Of a stretch of 64,000 bases of DNA, positions 11,276-23,619 are shown in pieces. The stretch is from Leucoraja erinacea (lineage: Eukaryota), in the NCBI RefSeq assembly GCF_028641065.1, contig NC_073391.1, positions 5,642,001-5,706,000 on the forward strand. Direction: 5' to 3'. Every line of letters starts with the position of its first letter. Within the stretch, counting starts at the first letter, position 1. The notes below the pieces were generated by a model, which saw only the letters and a program-made list of their open reading frames with translations, made no database searches and was not told the DNA's origin. A program made the translations under genes and the position numbers.

Positions 11276-13106
11276 AGAAACATAGAAATATAGAAAATAG
11301 GTGCAGGAGTAGGCCATTCAGCCCTTCGAGCCTGCACCGCCATTCAATATGATCATGGCTGATCATCCAACTCAGTATCCCTTACCTACCTTCTCTCCAT
11401 ACCCCCTGATCCCCTTAACCACAAGGGCCACATCTAACTCCCTCTTAAATATAGCCAATGAACTGGCCTCAATTACATAGAAACATAGAAACATAGAAAT
11501 TAGGTGCAGGAGTAGGCCATTCGGCCCTTCAAGCCTGCACTGCCATTCAATATGATCATTGCTGATGATCCAACTCTGTATCCCATAATTGCCTTCTCTC
11601 CATACCCCCTGATCCCCTTAACCACAAGGGCCACATCTAACTCCCTCTTAAATATAGCCAATGAACTGGCCTCAACTACCATATGTGGCAGAGAGTTCCA
11701 GAGATTCACCACACTCTGTGTGAAAAAAGTTTTTCTCATCTCGGTTTTAAAGGATTTGCCCCTTATCCTTAAGCTGTGACCCCTTGTCCTGGACTTCCCC
11801 AACATCAGGAACAATCTTCCTGCATCTAGCCTGTCCAACCCCTTAAGAATTTTGTAAGTTTCTATAAGATCCCCTCTCAATCTCCTAAATTCTAGAGAGT
11901 ATAAATCAAGTCTATCCAGTCTTCCTTCATAAGACAGTCCTGACATCCCAGGAATCAGTCTGGTGAACCTTCTCTGCACTCCCTCTATGGCAATAATGTC
12001 CTTCCTCAGATTTGGAGACCAAAACTGTACGCCATACTCCAGGTGTGGTCTCACCAAGACCCTGTACAACTGCAGTAGAACCTCCCTGCTCCTATACTCA
12101 AATCCTTTTGCTATGAAAGCTAACATACCATTCGCTTTCTTCACTGCCTGCTGCACCTGCATGCCTACTTTCAATGACTGGTGTACCATGACACCCAGGT
12201 CTCGCTGCATCTCCCCTTTTCCTAATCGGCCACCATTTAGATAATAGTCTGCTTTCCTGTTTTTGCAACCAAAATGGATAACCTCACATTTATCCACATT
12301 ATACTGCATCTGCCAAACATTTGCCCACTCACCCAGCCTATCCAAGTCACCTTGCAGTCTCCTAGCATCCTCCGCACAGCTAACACTGCCCCCCAGCTTA
12401 GTGTCATCCGCAAACTTGGAGATATTGCCTTCAATTCCCTCATCCAGATCATTAATATATATTGTAAATAGCTGGGGTCCCAGCACTGAGCCTTGCGGTA
12501 CCCCACTAGTCACTGCCCGCCATTGTGAAAAGGACCCGTTTACTCCTACTCTTTGCTTCCTGTTTGCCAGCCAGTTCTCTATCCACATCAATACTGAACT
12601 CCCAATGCCGTGTACTTTAAATTTGTATACTAATCTCTTATGTGGGACCTTGTCGAAAGCCTTCTGGAAGTCTAGATACACCACATCCACTGGTTCTCCC
12701 CTATCCACGCTACTAGTTACATCCTCGAAAAATGCTATTTTGTGAGTTTCTATAAGATGCCCCCTCAATCTTCTAAATTCTAGCGAGTACAAGCTTTCTT
12801 CATATGAAAGTCCTGATATCCCAGGAATCAGTCTGGTGAACCTTCTCTGTACTCCCTCTATGGCAAGAATGTATTTCCTCAGATTAGGAGACCAAAACTG
12901 TACGCAATACTCCAGGTGTGGTCTCACCAAAACCCTGTACAACTGCAGTAGCACCTCCCTGCTCCTATACTCAAATCCTTTTGCTATGAATGCTAACATA
13001 CCATTTGCTTTCTTCACTGCCTGCTGCACCTGCATGCCTACTTTCAATGACTGGTGTACCATGACACCCAGGTCTCGTTGCATCTCCCCTTTTCCTAATC
13101 GGCCAC
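11276..13106 (-). mobile_element. Young CR1 LINE, composite of tandem 5'-truncated segments
   Basis: RT motifs YLDFQKAFDKVPH, GVPQGSVLGP, FADD; two 3' tails (11276-11473 and 11474 onward); 12740-13106 repeats ~11855-12233. Confidence 0.95.
11500..13083 (-). pseudogene. Chimeric 527-aa CR1 ORF2 reverse-transcriptase reading frame (no endonuclease)
   Basis: ORF track; the MQRDLGV...LIET block occurs twice. Confidence 0.85.
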
Positions 13107-13292
13107 TAGTCTTACTAGTGATATCTATGTGGATGAGTTATTGGCATGAATGGCTTGCAGCCAAGGCAGGATTAGGGCAGTTCATGCCTCCCTACATAAA
13201 TTCCCTTGCAGTGGAAATTGCACAGACTAGAGGTTGGTAAATTTGCATTATGAAGTTCATTAGGCCAGGCTATGAAAATCTGCATGTTTCGT

Positions 13293-13566
13293 TAAGAATC
13301 ATTTAACACTGAGATGAGAAAAAACTTTTTCACCCAGAGAGTTGTCAATTTGTGGAATTCTCTGCCGCAGAAGGCAGTGAAGGCCAAATCACTGGATGAA
13401 TTGAAGAGAGAGATAGAGCTCCAGCGGCTAGTGGAATCAAGGGCTATGGGTAGAAGGCAGGCACGGGTTACTGATTGTGGATGATCAGCCATGATCACAA
13501 TGATTGGCGGTGCGGGCTAGAAGGGCCAAATGGCCTCCTCCTGCATCTATTTTCGATGTTTCTATG
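13293..13566 (+). mobile_element. CR1 3' fragment
   Basis: EMRKNFFTQRVVNLWNSLP and tail ATGTTTCTATGTTT. Confidence 0.85.
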
Positions 13567-13732
13567 TTTGTAAGAAACTATTCGAAGGGCTTTACCCAGA
13601 GGTTGCAAGTGATGGACAATCTGTTCCTTGTATACATTTGGTAGACAATATCTTAACATTTACTACAGCAGATTTCTTAAAGCCTGGTGCTGCAGTGGTA
13701 GTTGATACTGCTCTCATGTTAGCAATATGGGG

Positions 13733-14053
13733 CTGCATGGTGGCACAGTGTTAGTGTTGCTGCCTTACAGCGCCAGAGACCTGGGTGCGATCGTGACAAT
13801 GGGTGGTATGGGTGAACAGTTCGATCCTTCCTATGGGTGTTGTCTGTACGTAGTTTTGTACTTTCTTTCCGTAACTGCGTGGGTGCTCAGGTTTCCTCTC
13901 ACATTCCATAGATGTACAGGTTTCTAGGTCAATTGGCTTCAGTAAAAATTGTCCTGAGTGTGTAGGAATGTGCTAGTGTTTGGGGATGGCAGTTTGCGTG
14001 GACTTGGTGGGCCGAAGGGCCTGTTTCTGTGCTGCATCATAAACCAAACTATA
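13733..14053 (+). mobile_element. V-SINE with duplicated B-box region
   Basis: HE1-like head, V core and tail. Confidence 0.8.
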
Positions 14054-14204
14054 CTAAATGCATATTGGCATGAGTCCTTGGAGCCAGGATCAATTATCAA
14101 ACAGAAGTTGATGTTGATTTATTTAAAACAGATACAGCCAGCCAGCCAAAATCTTGCTCAGATTAGACTAATCTAAACGTGGTAGAGGTGAAGAGAAATG
14201 GGAA

Positions 14205-14560
14205 GATTTAGCTTCGGCCTAGACAGCTAAAGGCATGCCATCAATTGTGGAGCCAGGGAAAAGAAAGAAGGACAGGATTACAGGAACACTGAGATTTCAG
14301 AGAGGGATGAGGCAGAAGGAAGTTACATGAATCATGAAGGAATTTGAATGCAAGAGTACGTATTTTAAAACAAAGGTGTTGCCTGACTAGCGAATCAGTG
14401 GGCACAGGTGCAGAGAGTGACGGAGCTGGTGCAGGTTAGGATACGAACACGCCGCCCATTCCTTCTCTCCATAGATGCTGCGTCACCCACGGAGTTACTC
14501 CAGCATCTTGTATCTACCAACAGGACATTCGATGAGTCCAGGAATACAGAAAGTGCATAA
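14205..14560 (-). mobile_element. Old L2 LINE fragment with a nested pLTR piece (14455-14518)
   Basis: AGGAATTTGAATGCAAGAGTACGTATTTTAAA...GGTGCAGGTTAGGATACG resembles L2 RT C-terminal region. Confidence 0.45.
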
Positions 14561-15494
14561 TACTGAATGAGTCAAATCCAGAAGCAAGAATGATGAAGAT
14601 GTGGGGATATGTACTGCAGGTTAAATTCTTGATGATGGCAAGATAATGGGTTGGTAACTCAGGTCAGAATCACACAGAACAGTTGCAATAACTCTGATGG
14701 TGGCCAGCAAGCGGGAGGGGTTTGGTAGCCGAGAAATGGAATGTGAAGGCAATTGCTTTGGTTTTGCCAGTCGATAATTAGAGGGACGTTTGTGTTCCTT
14801 GTCAGAAAGGTTCTCATTTTGTGAGCGGATAGAGAAGAAAATCAGAGGCAACAATGGAGTCAACAGAGGTGCTGGTGAAGCTGGTACTGCAGCATTCATG
14901 TAGCAGCTAAGGGTTAAATGGACAGTTGCTGGAGGATGGGAAAAAATAAAGGAAATAGATTTTCTTCAATGACTGAATGCTTGAGGAAAGGGAAGACATA
15001 GGGGTGAGTGGATCTGTGGGATTAGCCCGAATTGTTTGTGCCAACTCCACCATTAGGAACCGATCATCTCCTTCTGCAGTACAGTTGGTTCACTCGTAAG
15101 CCAGGAGATTTCTCCCCCTCTGTGAGGAATCCACTTGCTTTGCCTCACAATGCAGCTTATCTCAGTTGTGCTGCTTTTTATTTTAAAAAACTGCTTTTCC
15201 CTGACTCAGTGCTGGCAAATGTTGATGAGGAGGATATTAATGCCGCATGGCTCTACCTTGCTCCGGGTCACTGACGGTGTTAACAAGCTGCCGTTCCAAC
15301 CCTACAATTAAGTAAATAGCACAAATGAAAGACAGTCGGTTCCATAAACCTTCCCAGCAGAGCCTGAAGTGTGTAAAACTGCACGTTCTCCCTCTTATAC
15401 AAAAGCAGGAAACAGGCCCTTCACCACTCCATCACTGCACCACCAAGGCCGTGTTTTATACATTAGAAAGCTACAACATGAGACACAGTGACAA

Positions 15495-15808
15495 GTGAGA
15501 GTCTGGGACTAGAGGTCATAGGCTCAGAATTAAAGGACGTTCTTTTAGGAAGGAGAGGAGGAATTTCTTTAGTCAGAGGGTGGTGAATCTGTGGAATTCT
15601 TTGCCACAGAAGGCTGTGGAGACCAAATCAATGGATATTTTTAAGGCAGAGATTGATAGATTCTTGATTAGTTCGGGTGCCAGGGGTTATGGAGAGAAGG
15701 TAGGAAAATGGGGTTAGGAGGGAGAGATAGATCAGCCATGATTGAACGGCGGAGTAGACTTGATGGGCCAAATGGCCTAATTCTGCTCCTATCACTTATG
15801 ACCTTATG
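15495..15808 (+). mobile_element. CR1 3' fragment
   Basis: TRGHRLRIKGRSFRKE..FFSQRVVNLWNSLPQ; tail CTTATGACCTTATG. Confidence 0.85.
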
Positions 15809-16764
15809 CCAGTCTAAATAATCCATAGAAATTATCTAAGAATGGTGTGTATTCTTAAATATTTCAATGCTTACACTAGTATAATGACATGGGGACAACA
15901 GAGAGCGGAAGGGTGGCAGTAAGCCTGAACATGGGGGAAATAAATTGCCCCATCTCTTTTCCTCTAATCTATGAGATACTATAAGCTGACAGAATGCATA
16001 CGCTGTCACATATCCAGCCTTTACTTTAAGCTGGGTACCAGCGAAACACTGTGCAACGTTCACTTTAATCTCACTGCAATTATTAGATATTTGAAATGCT
16101 AAGAAGAGGCTTTCAACTATGTGTTGCATCTTGAAAAGTATGCCCTGCTGAGATATAAATATACATGAGACACAGTGACAGCTGTAAAGCTGATTATAGG
16201 TCTGATGCAGACAAGTAGTACTTGGAGAGCATATTGACGGGCAGCAGTTAGTGAGCATGGAATGTGGGTTATTTCCCTTGTGCACGGTTGCTTTTGGTGG
16301 ATTCTTTGCAGTGCGGAATTTTCTCCAGATCTTATCACAAGTTGCAGGAGGCGCTGGGCAGCGTCGAATGTGTATCTTCCTCCTCTTACAGTGAAGATGC
16401 ATCGCTGTCTTCGCGGAGTATGTCAAAATCCTAAGCCTATTCTGTCATCACCGAGGAGGCCTCAGTTCAATCTTCCTCCGTGAATGCTGTCAATGTGGAT
16501 TGGTTAAACATTAGGCATTAGTCTCCTGCATTGGAGTGCAGGGACTTTTCCAGCAAGATTCATATCATTAGAGATGGATTACACCTTGGAGATTTCTGCC
16601 CCGGGTCGTATTTTCATCTTACTGGAGAATCAGATGAAATAAGAAGTTTTGATGAAAGTACTGAAAAAAAACCCTGCCTATTCAAGGCAATGACAGCAAT
16701 GGTAGGGAAATGGTGCTAGAATTTTTTGTCAGCCCGTAACCCTTTAGATATTTGAAAATAAGCA

Positions 16765-17335
16765 AAGTTGGCGGCAAGAACAGGGAGGCAGATTATTATC
16801 TCAATGGGGTTAGGTTAGGTAAGGGGGAGGTGCAGTGAGATCTGGTCGTCCTTATACACCGGTCACTGAAAGTTGGCTTACAGGTACAGCAGGCAGTGAA
16901 GAAAGCTAATGGAATGTTGGCCTTCATAACAAGAGGATTTCAGTATAGGAGTAAAGAGGTCCTTCTGCAATAGTACAGGGCCCTGGTGAGACAATATCTG
17001 GAGTATTGTGCGCAGTTTTGGTCTCCTAATTTGAAAAGAAGATTGGAAAGACTGGGCTTGTATTCACTGTAATTTAGAAGGAGGAGAGGAAATAGATAAA
17101 ATAGTATAAGGACTGGACAAACTAGATGCAGGAAAAATGTTCCCAATGTTGAGGGAGTCCACAGGCTAAGAATAAAGGGGAGGCCATTTCAAACTGAGAT
17201 GAGAAAAAAACTTTTCACCCAAAGAGTTGTGAATTTGTGGAATTCTCTGCCTCAGTAGTCAGTGGAGGCCAATTCACTGGATGCATTTAAAGGGCCAAAT
17301 GGTCTCCTCCTGCACATATTTTCTATATTTCTAGG
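16765..17335 (+). mobile_element. CR1 RT C-terminal fragment with internal deletions
   Basis: [30 protein letters not shown]. Confidence 0.85.
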
Positions 17336-17502
17336 TTCCTGCTGTAACAGGAGATTATGGAACGCACTTCATGGTGCAGCTTTGTTAAGATTATCTGTTT
17401 AGATTATTTATATTATGGCAATTTCTTGAGGACGAAACAAAACTCATTGAAATTCCACAAACACAAAACTAAGAGTTATTTGAATGCAGTAATGACTATT
17501 TT

Positions 17503-18395
17503 AGTCAATAGTCAATAGTCAATAGTCTATTTATTTGTCATTTGGACCCCTGGAGGTCCAAATGAAATGCCGTTTCTGCAGCCATACATTACACACAAAT
17601 AGACCCCAGACACAACACAATTACATTTTACATAAACATCCATCACATAGCTGTGATGGAAGGCCAAAAAAAACTTATCTCTCCACTGCACTCTCCCCCC
17701 CCCCGATGTCAGAGTCAAAGTCAAAGCCCCCGGCTGGCGATGGCGATTGTCCCGCGGCCATTAAAGCCACGCCGGGTGGTGCGAGGTCGCACACCGGGTC
17801 TTGGTGTTAGAGCCCCTGGTGTGCGCTCGCAGAGTCCCGCGGCCGTTCCAGCCGCGCGGGGCAGTGATGTCAAGCCCCGCTCCAGGAGCTCTTCAACCCC
17901 GCAACTCGGGCGGGAGAAGTCGCCGTTGCAGGAGCCCCGAAAAGCGGTCTCCCTCCAGGGAGCCGCAGGCTCCTGGTGCCGCCGTCCGCAGACCCACAGC
18001 AGCAGCCTCCCAAATCTCCGGAGGTCGGGCAGCAGCAGCAGCAGCAGCAGCGGCAGCGCTCCTCCACCGCTCCACCCGCTCCGGTCTCGGCCAGCTCCGC
18101 GACGGTGAGGTGAGTCGGCACCTGAGTCCCCGGCTTCTTTCTGTTGGAGGCCGCTCCTCGTTGCGGCCTCAACGACAACCGAGACCCGACGAGAAAGGGT
18201 CGGGTCTCCAGTGCAGGGAGAGATTTAAAAGTTTCCCCCCCCCTCCCACCCCCTCCCCCCGCCCCTCTACACACACACACACACTGCCCAACATAAAATA
18301 ATGGAAAACACTACATTAAAACACAGACAAAAAATAATAAAAACGCAGACAGGCTGCAGAGGCCGCTGCTGACCAGAGTCGCGCCGCCTACCGGT
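17503..18395 (-). mobile_element. GC-rich non-coding retroposon (subfamily B)
   Basis: Near-identical reverse complement of 43781-44651; 3' stem-loop TTTGGACC-TCCAGG-GGTCCAAA, AATAAA and (CTATTGA)n tail. Confidence 0.85.
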
Positions 18396-18739
18396 TTAGC
18401 TACCATAGCTTTAGTAAATAACATAATTCCATCATAATCACAATGCTCCTCATTTTGTTATTAGTTTCCCTGTAATACATTAACTCTGATATTTAAGTCA
18501 TGATATGGGTAACATCGAGTATTTGTTACCCATCTGTGTACAAAGTAGGAACTGGCTGCTTATGCAGTCATTGCTAAATCTAATCCCATTATCAGGATAC
18601 ACACACGGATCGCATGCTCGGGCCAGAAATGATCTCATGTGGTGCAATGCTTTTAAAATGCTATGTAGTGTTCTTTAATCTGAGAACCCATTCATTTTTG
18701 AGAGTGCATTTATCTCAGAATAGTACAGTATAAGGCTGC

Positions 18740-19035
18740 CCAGTGGTGCAGCGGTAGAGTTGCTGCCTTACAGCGTCAGAGACCTGGGTTCTACGGATCC
18801 TGACTATGAGTGCTTGTCTTTACAGAGTTTTTTTTGTTCTCCCCATGACCTGCGTGGGTTTTCTCCGGGAGCTCCGGTATCCTCCCACATCCAAAGACGG
18901 ACAGATTTGTAGGTTAATTGGCTTTGGTATGTTGGAAGTTGTCCCTAGTGTGTGTAGGATCATGCTAGAGTGCAGGGATCGCTGGTCGGCGCGGACCCGG
19001 TGGGCCGAAGTGCCTGTTTCTGCGCTTATCTCTAA
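18740..19035 (+). mobile_element. V-SINE (HE1-like)
   Basis: Full head, core and tail. Confidence 0.9.
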
Positions 19036-19778
19036 ATGAAGTACAGACCACACTGCACATGCCAGCCTAAATATTGAATAAATCTGTGCCTGGTTTTCAT
19101 GAACAAATTACACATAATAGCTGTTTTGCCCATCGTAGGTTGAACCAACCATCTTTTCTGTTGCAAACGGGGAAATTTCACTGCCAAATTGTCCCCAGTG
19201 GAGATCTGAAATGGGCACATCTAAAACACGATTTACTCCAGTGCAGATGTTCTTTGCTCAAATGCCCGCAGGTGTTGCAACTCATGCACAACCTGTTCCC
19301 TGCTCTGTTGGCATAAATTAAAGCTTTTCAGATACGGCCTATGACTTTTGTGGTTAAAAAGCTGCACTAAAGTAACCACAAAGAACCAAGACCTCTTCAT
19401 GCAGTGATAAACAGTGGGATGGCAATAAAATGTTCTGTGCAGTGGCGCCAATATTCTGCACAAGGAATCTGCCAGCATTTGTTTTTTAATCGTTACTATT
19501 CATAGCCTATTTGTTTTTTTTTATCCTCACTGTTCACAGCCTATTTGTTTGTGCAGGCCTGATCAGAGGACCTTTGATCAGCCTACAACTCTGAATGGTT
19601 TGACGCAAATGGAGGAAACCAAACAGTGTAGGAAGGAACTGCAGATGCTGGTCTACAACAAAGGAATTCAAGGTTCACACTTTTGATGCAGTGAAGATGT
19701 CCATTAACGTCAGAGAGTTTCCTCATCTAGGGATCATAGAGTAAAAGTTAAGGGGTCCATCGCTCAAGATGGAGAAGA

Positions 19779-19941
19779 GAAGATAGACACTAAATGCTGG
19801 AGTAACTAACCGGGACAGGCGGGAGAAGGAATGGGTGACGTTTCGGAAGGTGACCCTTCTTCAGACTGAGAGTTCTCACCCATTCCTTCTCTCCAGAGAT
19901 GCTGGCCGTCCCGCTGAGTTACTCCAGCATTTTGTGTCTAT
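19779..19941. mobile_element. PLE-derived hairpin mini-element
   Basis: Two pLTR arms in inverted orientation. Confidence 0.75.
19833..19868 (-). ncRNA. Minimal hammerhead ribozyme motif (core intact, stem II altered)
   Basis: Minus strand reads CAGT-CTGAAGA-AGGGTCACCTTCC-GAAA-CG-TC-ACCC. Confidence 0.5.
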
Positions 19942-20902
19942 TATTACCGAGAAACACTCCCACACACAGGAGATCACCATGCCCTGTCTCTCCCATGTTA
20001 TCCCTCGTGTAAATGGCAGCCTCATCTACAACTATCCTGTGGTCGTTGAGGAACGAACATCGAGCTCTGTGTCACGACTCACTTTTTATAGCCCTGCTGT
20101 TAACCCATTTTCGCCCAGTTTCACGATTTTCTTTCCGGAAATCTGAATGAGGATTAGTGCTACGTGTAACCCACATTTAGTGAAACACAGTTTTAAGGTT
20201 ATTTGACAAATCACTGGTTGTTTGTGCGTGACCAGTGGGCAGCTCACAAACGAGAACTTTGCCGTAATATTCCAGGGTAGTTATGTACCAAGGGAACAGA
20301 GAGGGGTTCAAAACTGAAGTTCTGTCTGCCAGAGGACTGTTCTAACGTAAGTGAAAAACCATTCCAACCTGAAAAGTTGCCTCGAGTCCATCAGTAAAGC
20401 AATATCTGCATCCTACAAAGATGGGCCAGATCTATTTAAAATGAAAGAATGAATAAATTATCTCCTCATCTCACAGTGAAATTCTTTGCTTACATACCCA
20501 AGGTATGCAAATAGTTGCCATATAAATGGCACTGACATTTACAAAGTATCCATGCGAGGTTCCCCTTTGATCTATTGTTCCATATATCTCGGAGACTTAT
20601 CCTTCTATCTTGGTATTGGATCCAACCACATTCCAGTTTGTCCACATATAAGGTCTCGTCAGGCTGATTGTTCTGCACGGTGCTCAGTATATTTACCTAT
20701 CGGGCATTCAACAGTAAATCTGTTAGTAGATGGCTCTTTATGAGCAGTGGTCATGGTGAGAGATAATTGTGCAGAAGGCCCAAGATTTTTGGGACTATCG
20801 TGAAAATCACATTGGTTCAAAATCTGCAGAAGAAATTCAATGTTACGCTCTTTAAAGCAGGGTCAACTGGAAATCACTGATGTAGTGAAAATTCAGACTG
20901 AT

Positions 20903-21470
20903 GTGTAGAAAGGAAATGCAGATACTGGTTTACACCAAAGATAGACACAATATTCTGGAGTAACTCAATGGGTCAGGCAGCATTCCTGGAGAAAAGTAAT
21001 AGGTGCCGTTTTGGGTCAAGACCCTTCTTCAGACTGAGAGTCAGGGGAGAGGGAAACTAGAGATATGTAGAGGTACATAGAACAAATGAATGAAAGGTAT
21101 GCAAAAGGACAAATCAAAGCCATGGGGAAATGCTGGATTTGCAGCATCCTTTTCTCCCCTTCCCCTCCCCTCATCCCCTTCAACCTATTAACATTCACTG
21201 ACTTTGCACCTCTTCGATCACTATCTCCTCATCTCACATTTTTTGTCTTTTCATCTCCGGCCTTTGTCCAACCATGTGCCTATCAATGTCCCCACGCACC
21301 TGTATCCACCTATCACTTGCCAGGCTTTGTCCTGCCCCCACCTCTCATCCAACTTCCAGCTCCACCACAATCAGAGTCCCAACCCAAAACGTCATGTATC
21401 CTGACCCGCTGAGTTACTCCAGCACTTGTCTTTTTTTTTTTGCAAACGGGCTTCTGCAGTTCCTTGTGTC
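20903..21470. mobile_element. PLE 3' ends in inverted arrangement
   Basis: Minus-strand pLTR+UTR at 20903-21120 and plus-strand UTR+pLTR at ~21150-21470. Confidence 0.7.
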
Positions 21471-22068
21471 ACAACAATATGTAGAAGACGGTCAACAGAC
21501 ATTGAAAGGCTGATGTTGAGTAATTGATACATGCACATGATACCCAAGTAAATACAGATTGAGAATCTGATGCTGAGGATAAGCCTGGTTTTGATCACAG
21601 GATTGGCTGTGATGTTGCTGGACAGATCATATAGGATCAGGTTCTCAATCAGTATTTGCTTGGGTACTTATTTGACACCAGAGACCCACAAGCATGTGGA
21701 TAATATCCATGCTAACAAGAGAGAAACCCATCAGGGTTGAAGAGTGGATATAACAGAGGCACCTTTACAGTGGAATGTCAGAGGTCAAACTAACATTCAC
21801 AGGTGAATTTATAATTGATGTCTTCAGAAGGATGTGAATGTTTAACTTGCAAATAGCAAATGATACTATTTATTATTTGTGGATAGGTGATGATTTGCGG
21901 AGGTTCCTTACTTTATGATTATGAATCTATGACCTCATATGCTATACAGATGTATCACACCTGCTCCCCGTAAAATAAAGTAAGGAACATCGCTGTAACC
22001 TCCTGCAAGGTGTCATAACAGTGTAGAAACTGGCCCTTCGACCCAATTTGCCCACACCACCCAATATG

Positions 22069-22162
22069 GTGAAGAAGGGTCTTGACCAGAAACATCGCCT
22101 CTTCATTCTCTCCTTAGATGCTGCCTCACCCGCTGAGTTTCTCCAGCATTTTTTGTCTACAT
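22069..22162 (+). mobile_element. 94-bp pLTR unit beginning at the hammerhead core
   Basis: Flanked by the 8-bp duplication CCAATATG (22061-22068 / 22163-22170). Confidence 0.7.
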
Positions 22163-22194
22163 CCAATATGTCCCATCTACACTAGTCCCACTTG

Positions 22195-22973
22195 CAGTGG
22201 TGGAAATCCGGGGGGGGGGGGGGGGGGGGGAGAGACAAGTCCCCCTTCTGCTTTGAAACCTGGTGAAATTTCCGCTTCCCACGAGACAGTGGGGGGTGGG
22301 ACTGCTGATCGAGGGCACCGATTGGACGAGAGAGACGTCAGTCAGCAGGCGACGGGGGCGGGACATGATGATTCAGCACGATGATTGGAGGAGGGAGACG
22401 TGCCCAGGTCATAGGGTCACAACGGCAGCCCTGGGCACAGACCTGCGCCTCATCCGCAGCCAGGATCGATCCAGGCCGGCTGGCCCTCCGGCACTGCAAT
22501 CGCAGCCGAACCACCACTGGACCATCCCCGTCCCCTCCCTCCCCCACGCCCACGGGTGGCCAGAGACATCAGGAGTCAGATGGGCATGGTGCCCCCAGGC
22601 CCACAGCCAGCGCAGAGAAGCAGCGCTAAACCCAGCTCAACTATGCCTGAACTGCCGGGCTAACCTACCGCCCTGCCTGAACTGAAGGGAAATATGGCGC
22701 AGGTTTACAGCCAGCGCGGAGTAGCAGCGCTAGCTTCACGGCTCCAGAATGGTGTTCTGTCAGTCCAGGCAGGGCTGCAGGTTAATCTGGCGAGACAGGC
22801 AGAGTTGAGCTACATTTAGCGCTGGATTGAGCTGTAATTACCATTCACAGTGCCGACGGCTGAAGCCTCCAAAGCCTCGCGTGTGTGTGCGAGTGTGTGC
22901 ATGCACGTGCGGCCACCAAGAAATTGTGTCCCCCGTGTCCCCCTCCATATTTTAACAGCAATTTCCGTCACTG
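22195..22973. mobile_element. Non-autonomous hAT-type DNA transposon
   Basis: TIRs CAGTGGTGGAAAT / ATTTCCGTCACTG; 8-bp TSD CCCACTTG / CCCACTTA. Confidence 0.8.
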
Positions 22974-23619
22974 CCCACTTACCTGCGTTGGGCAAATATC
23001 CCTCCAAACCTGTCGTTTCCATGTACCTGTCCAACTGTTAAACGTTGGGATGCTCCCTGCCTCACCTACCTCTTCCGACAGCTCGTTCCATGCACCCACC
23101 ACCCTTTGTGTGAAAATGTTACCCCTCAGATTCCTATTCAATCTTTTCCTCTTCACCTTAAACCTATGTCCTCTGGCCCTCGATTCACCTACTCTGGGCA
23201 AGAGACTTTGTGCATCTACCTGACCTATTCCTCTCATGATTTTATACACCTCTATAAGATCATCCCTCATCCCCTTACGCTCAAGAATTGTAGAATTATT
23301 ATTTTTAAGAACAATGCTTACCAGATTATTATGAGCATGATTATTGTTGATTGTGGATGAGCAGTCAAGATCACATTGTATGGCGGAGCTGGCTTGAGGG
23401 GCTGAATGGCCTACTCCTACACCTATTGTCTATTGTCTGTGTCTATCATTATGTGGTATAATCATAGATTTATCATTACATCAGCCAGTCAATGAATAAT
23501 GTTTTGTTGGCAGCTCTATCTCTATGGTCCAATGGTCCTTTATTGTCACGTGAACTAAGATAGAGTGAAATTTGATTTACCATACAGTCATATCACAAAA
23601 GCACCAAGATACAAAACTA

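Larger units (their letters stand above)
22012..23283 (-). mobile_element. CR1 (HER1-like) 3' fragment hosting nested insertions
   Basis: ORF 22968-23270 DLIEVYKIMRG..FTQRVVGAWNEL; tail shared with the V-SINEs. Confidence 0.85.

Noticed and set aside
16312-16434. Possible terminal exon CGIFSRSYHKLQEALGS..
   Set aside because: Only 40 codons, no recognised homology and no linked exons
20490-20696. Minus-strand ~68-codon open stretch between AG and GT
   Set aside because: Poor polypyrimidine tract and no recognisable domain
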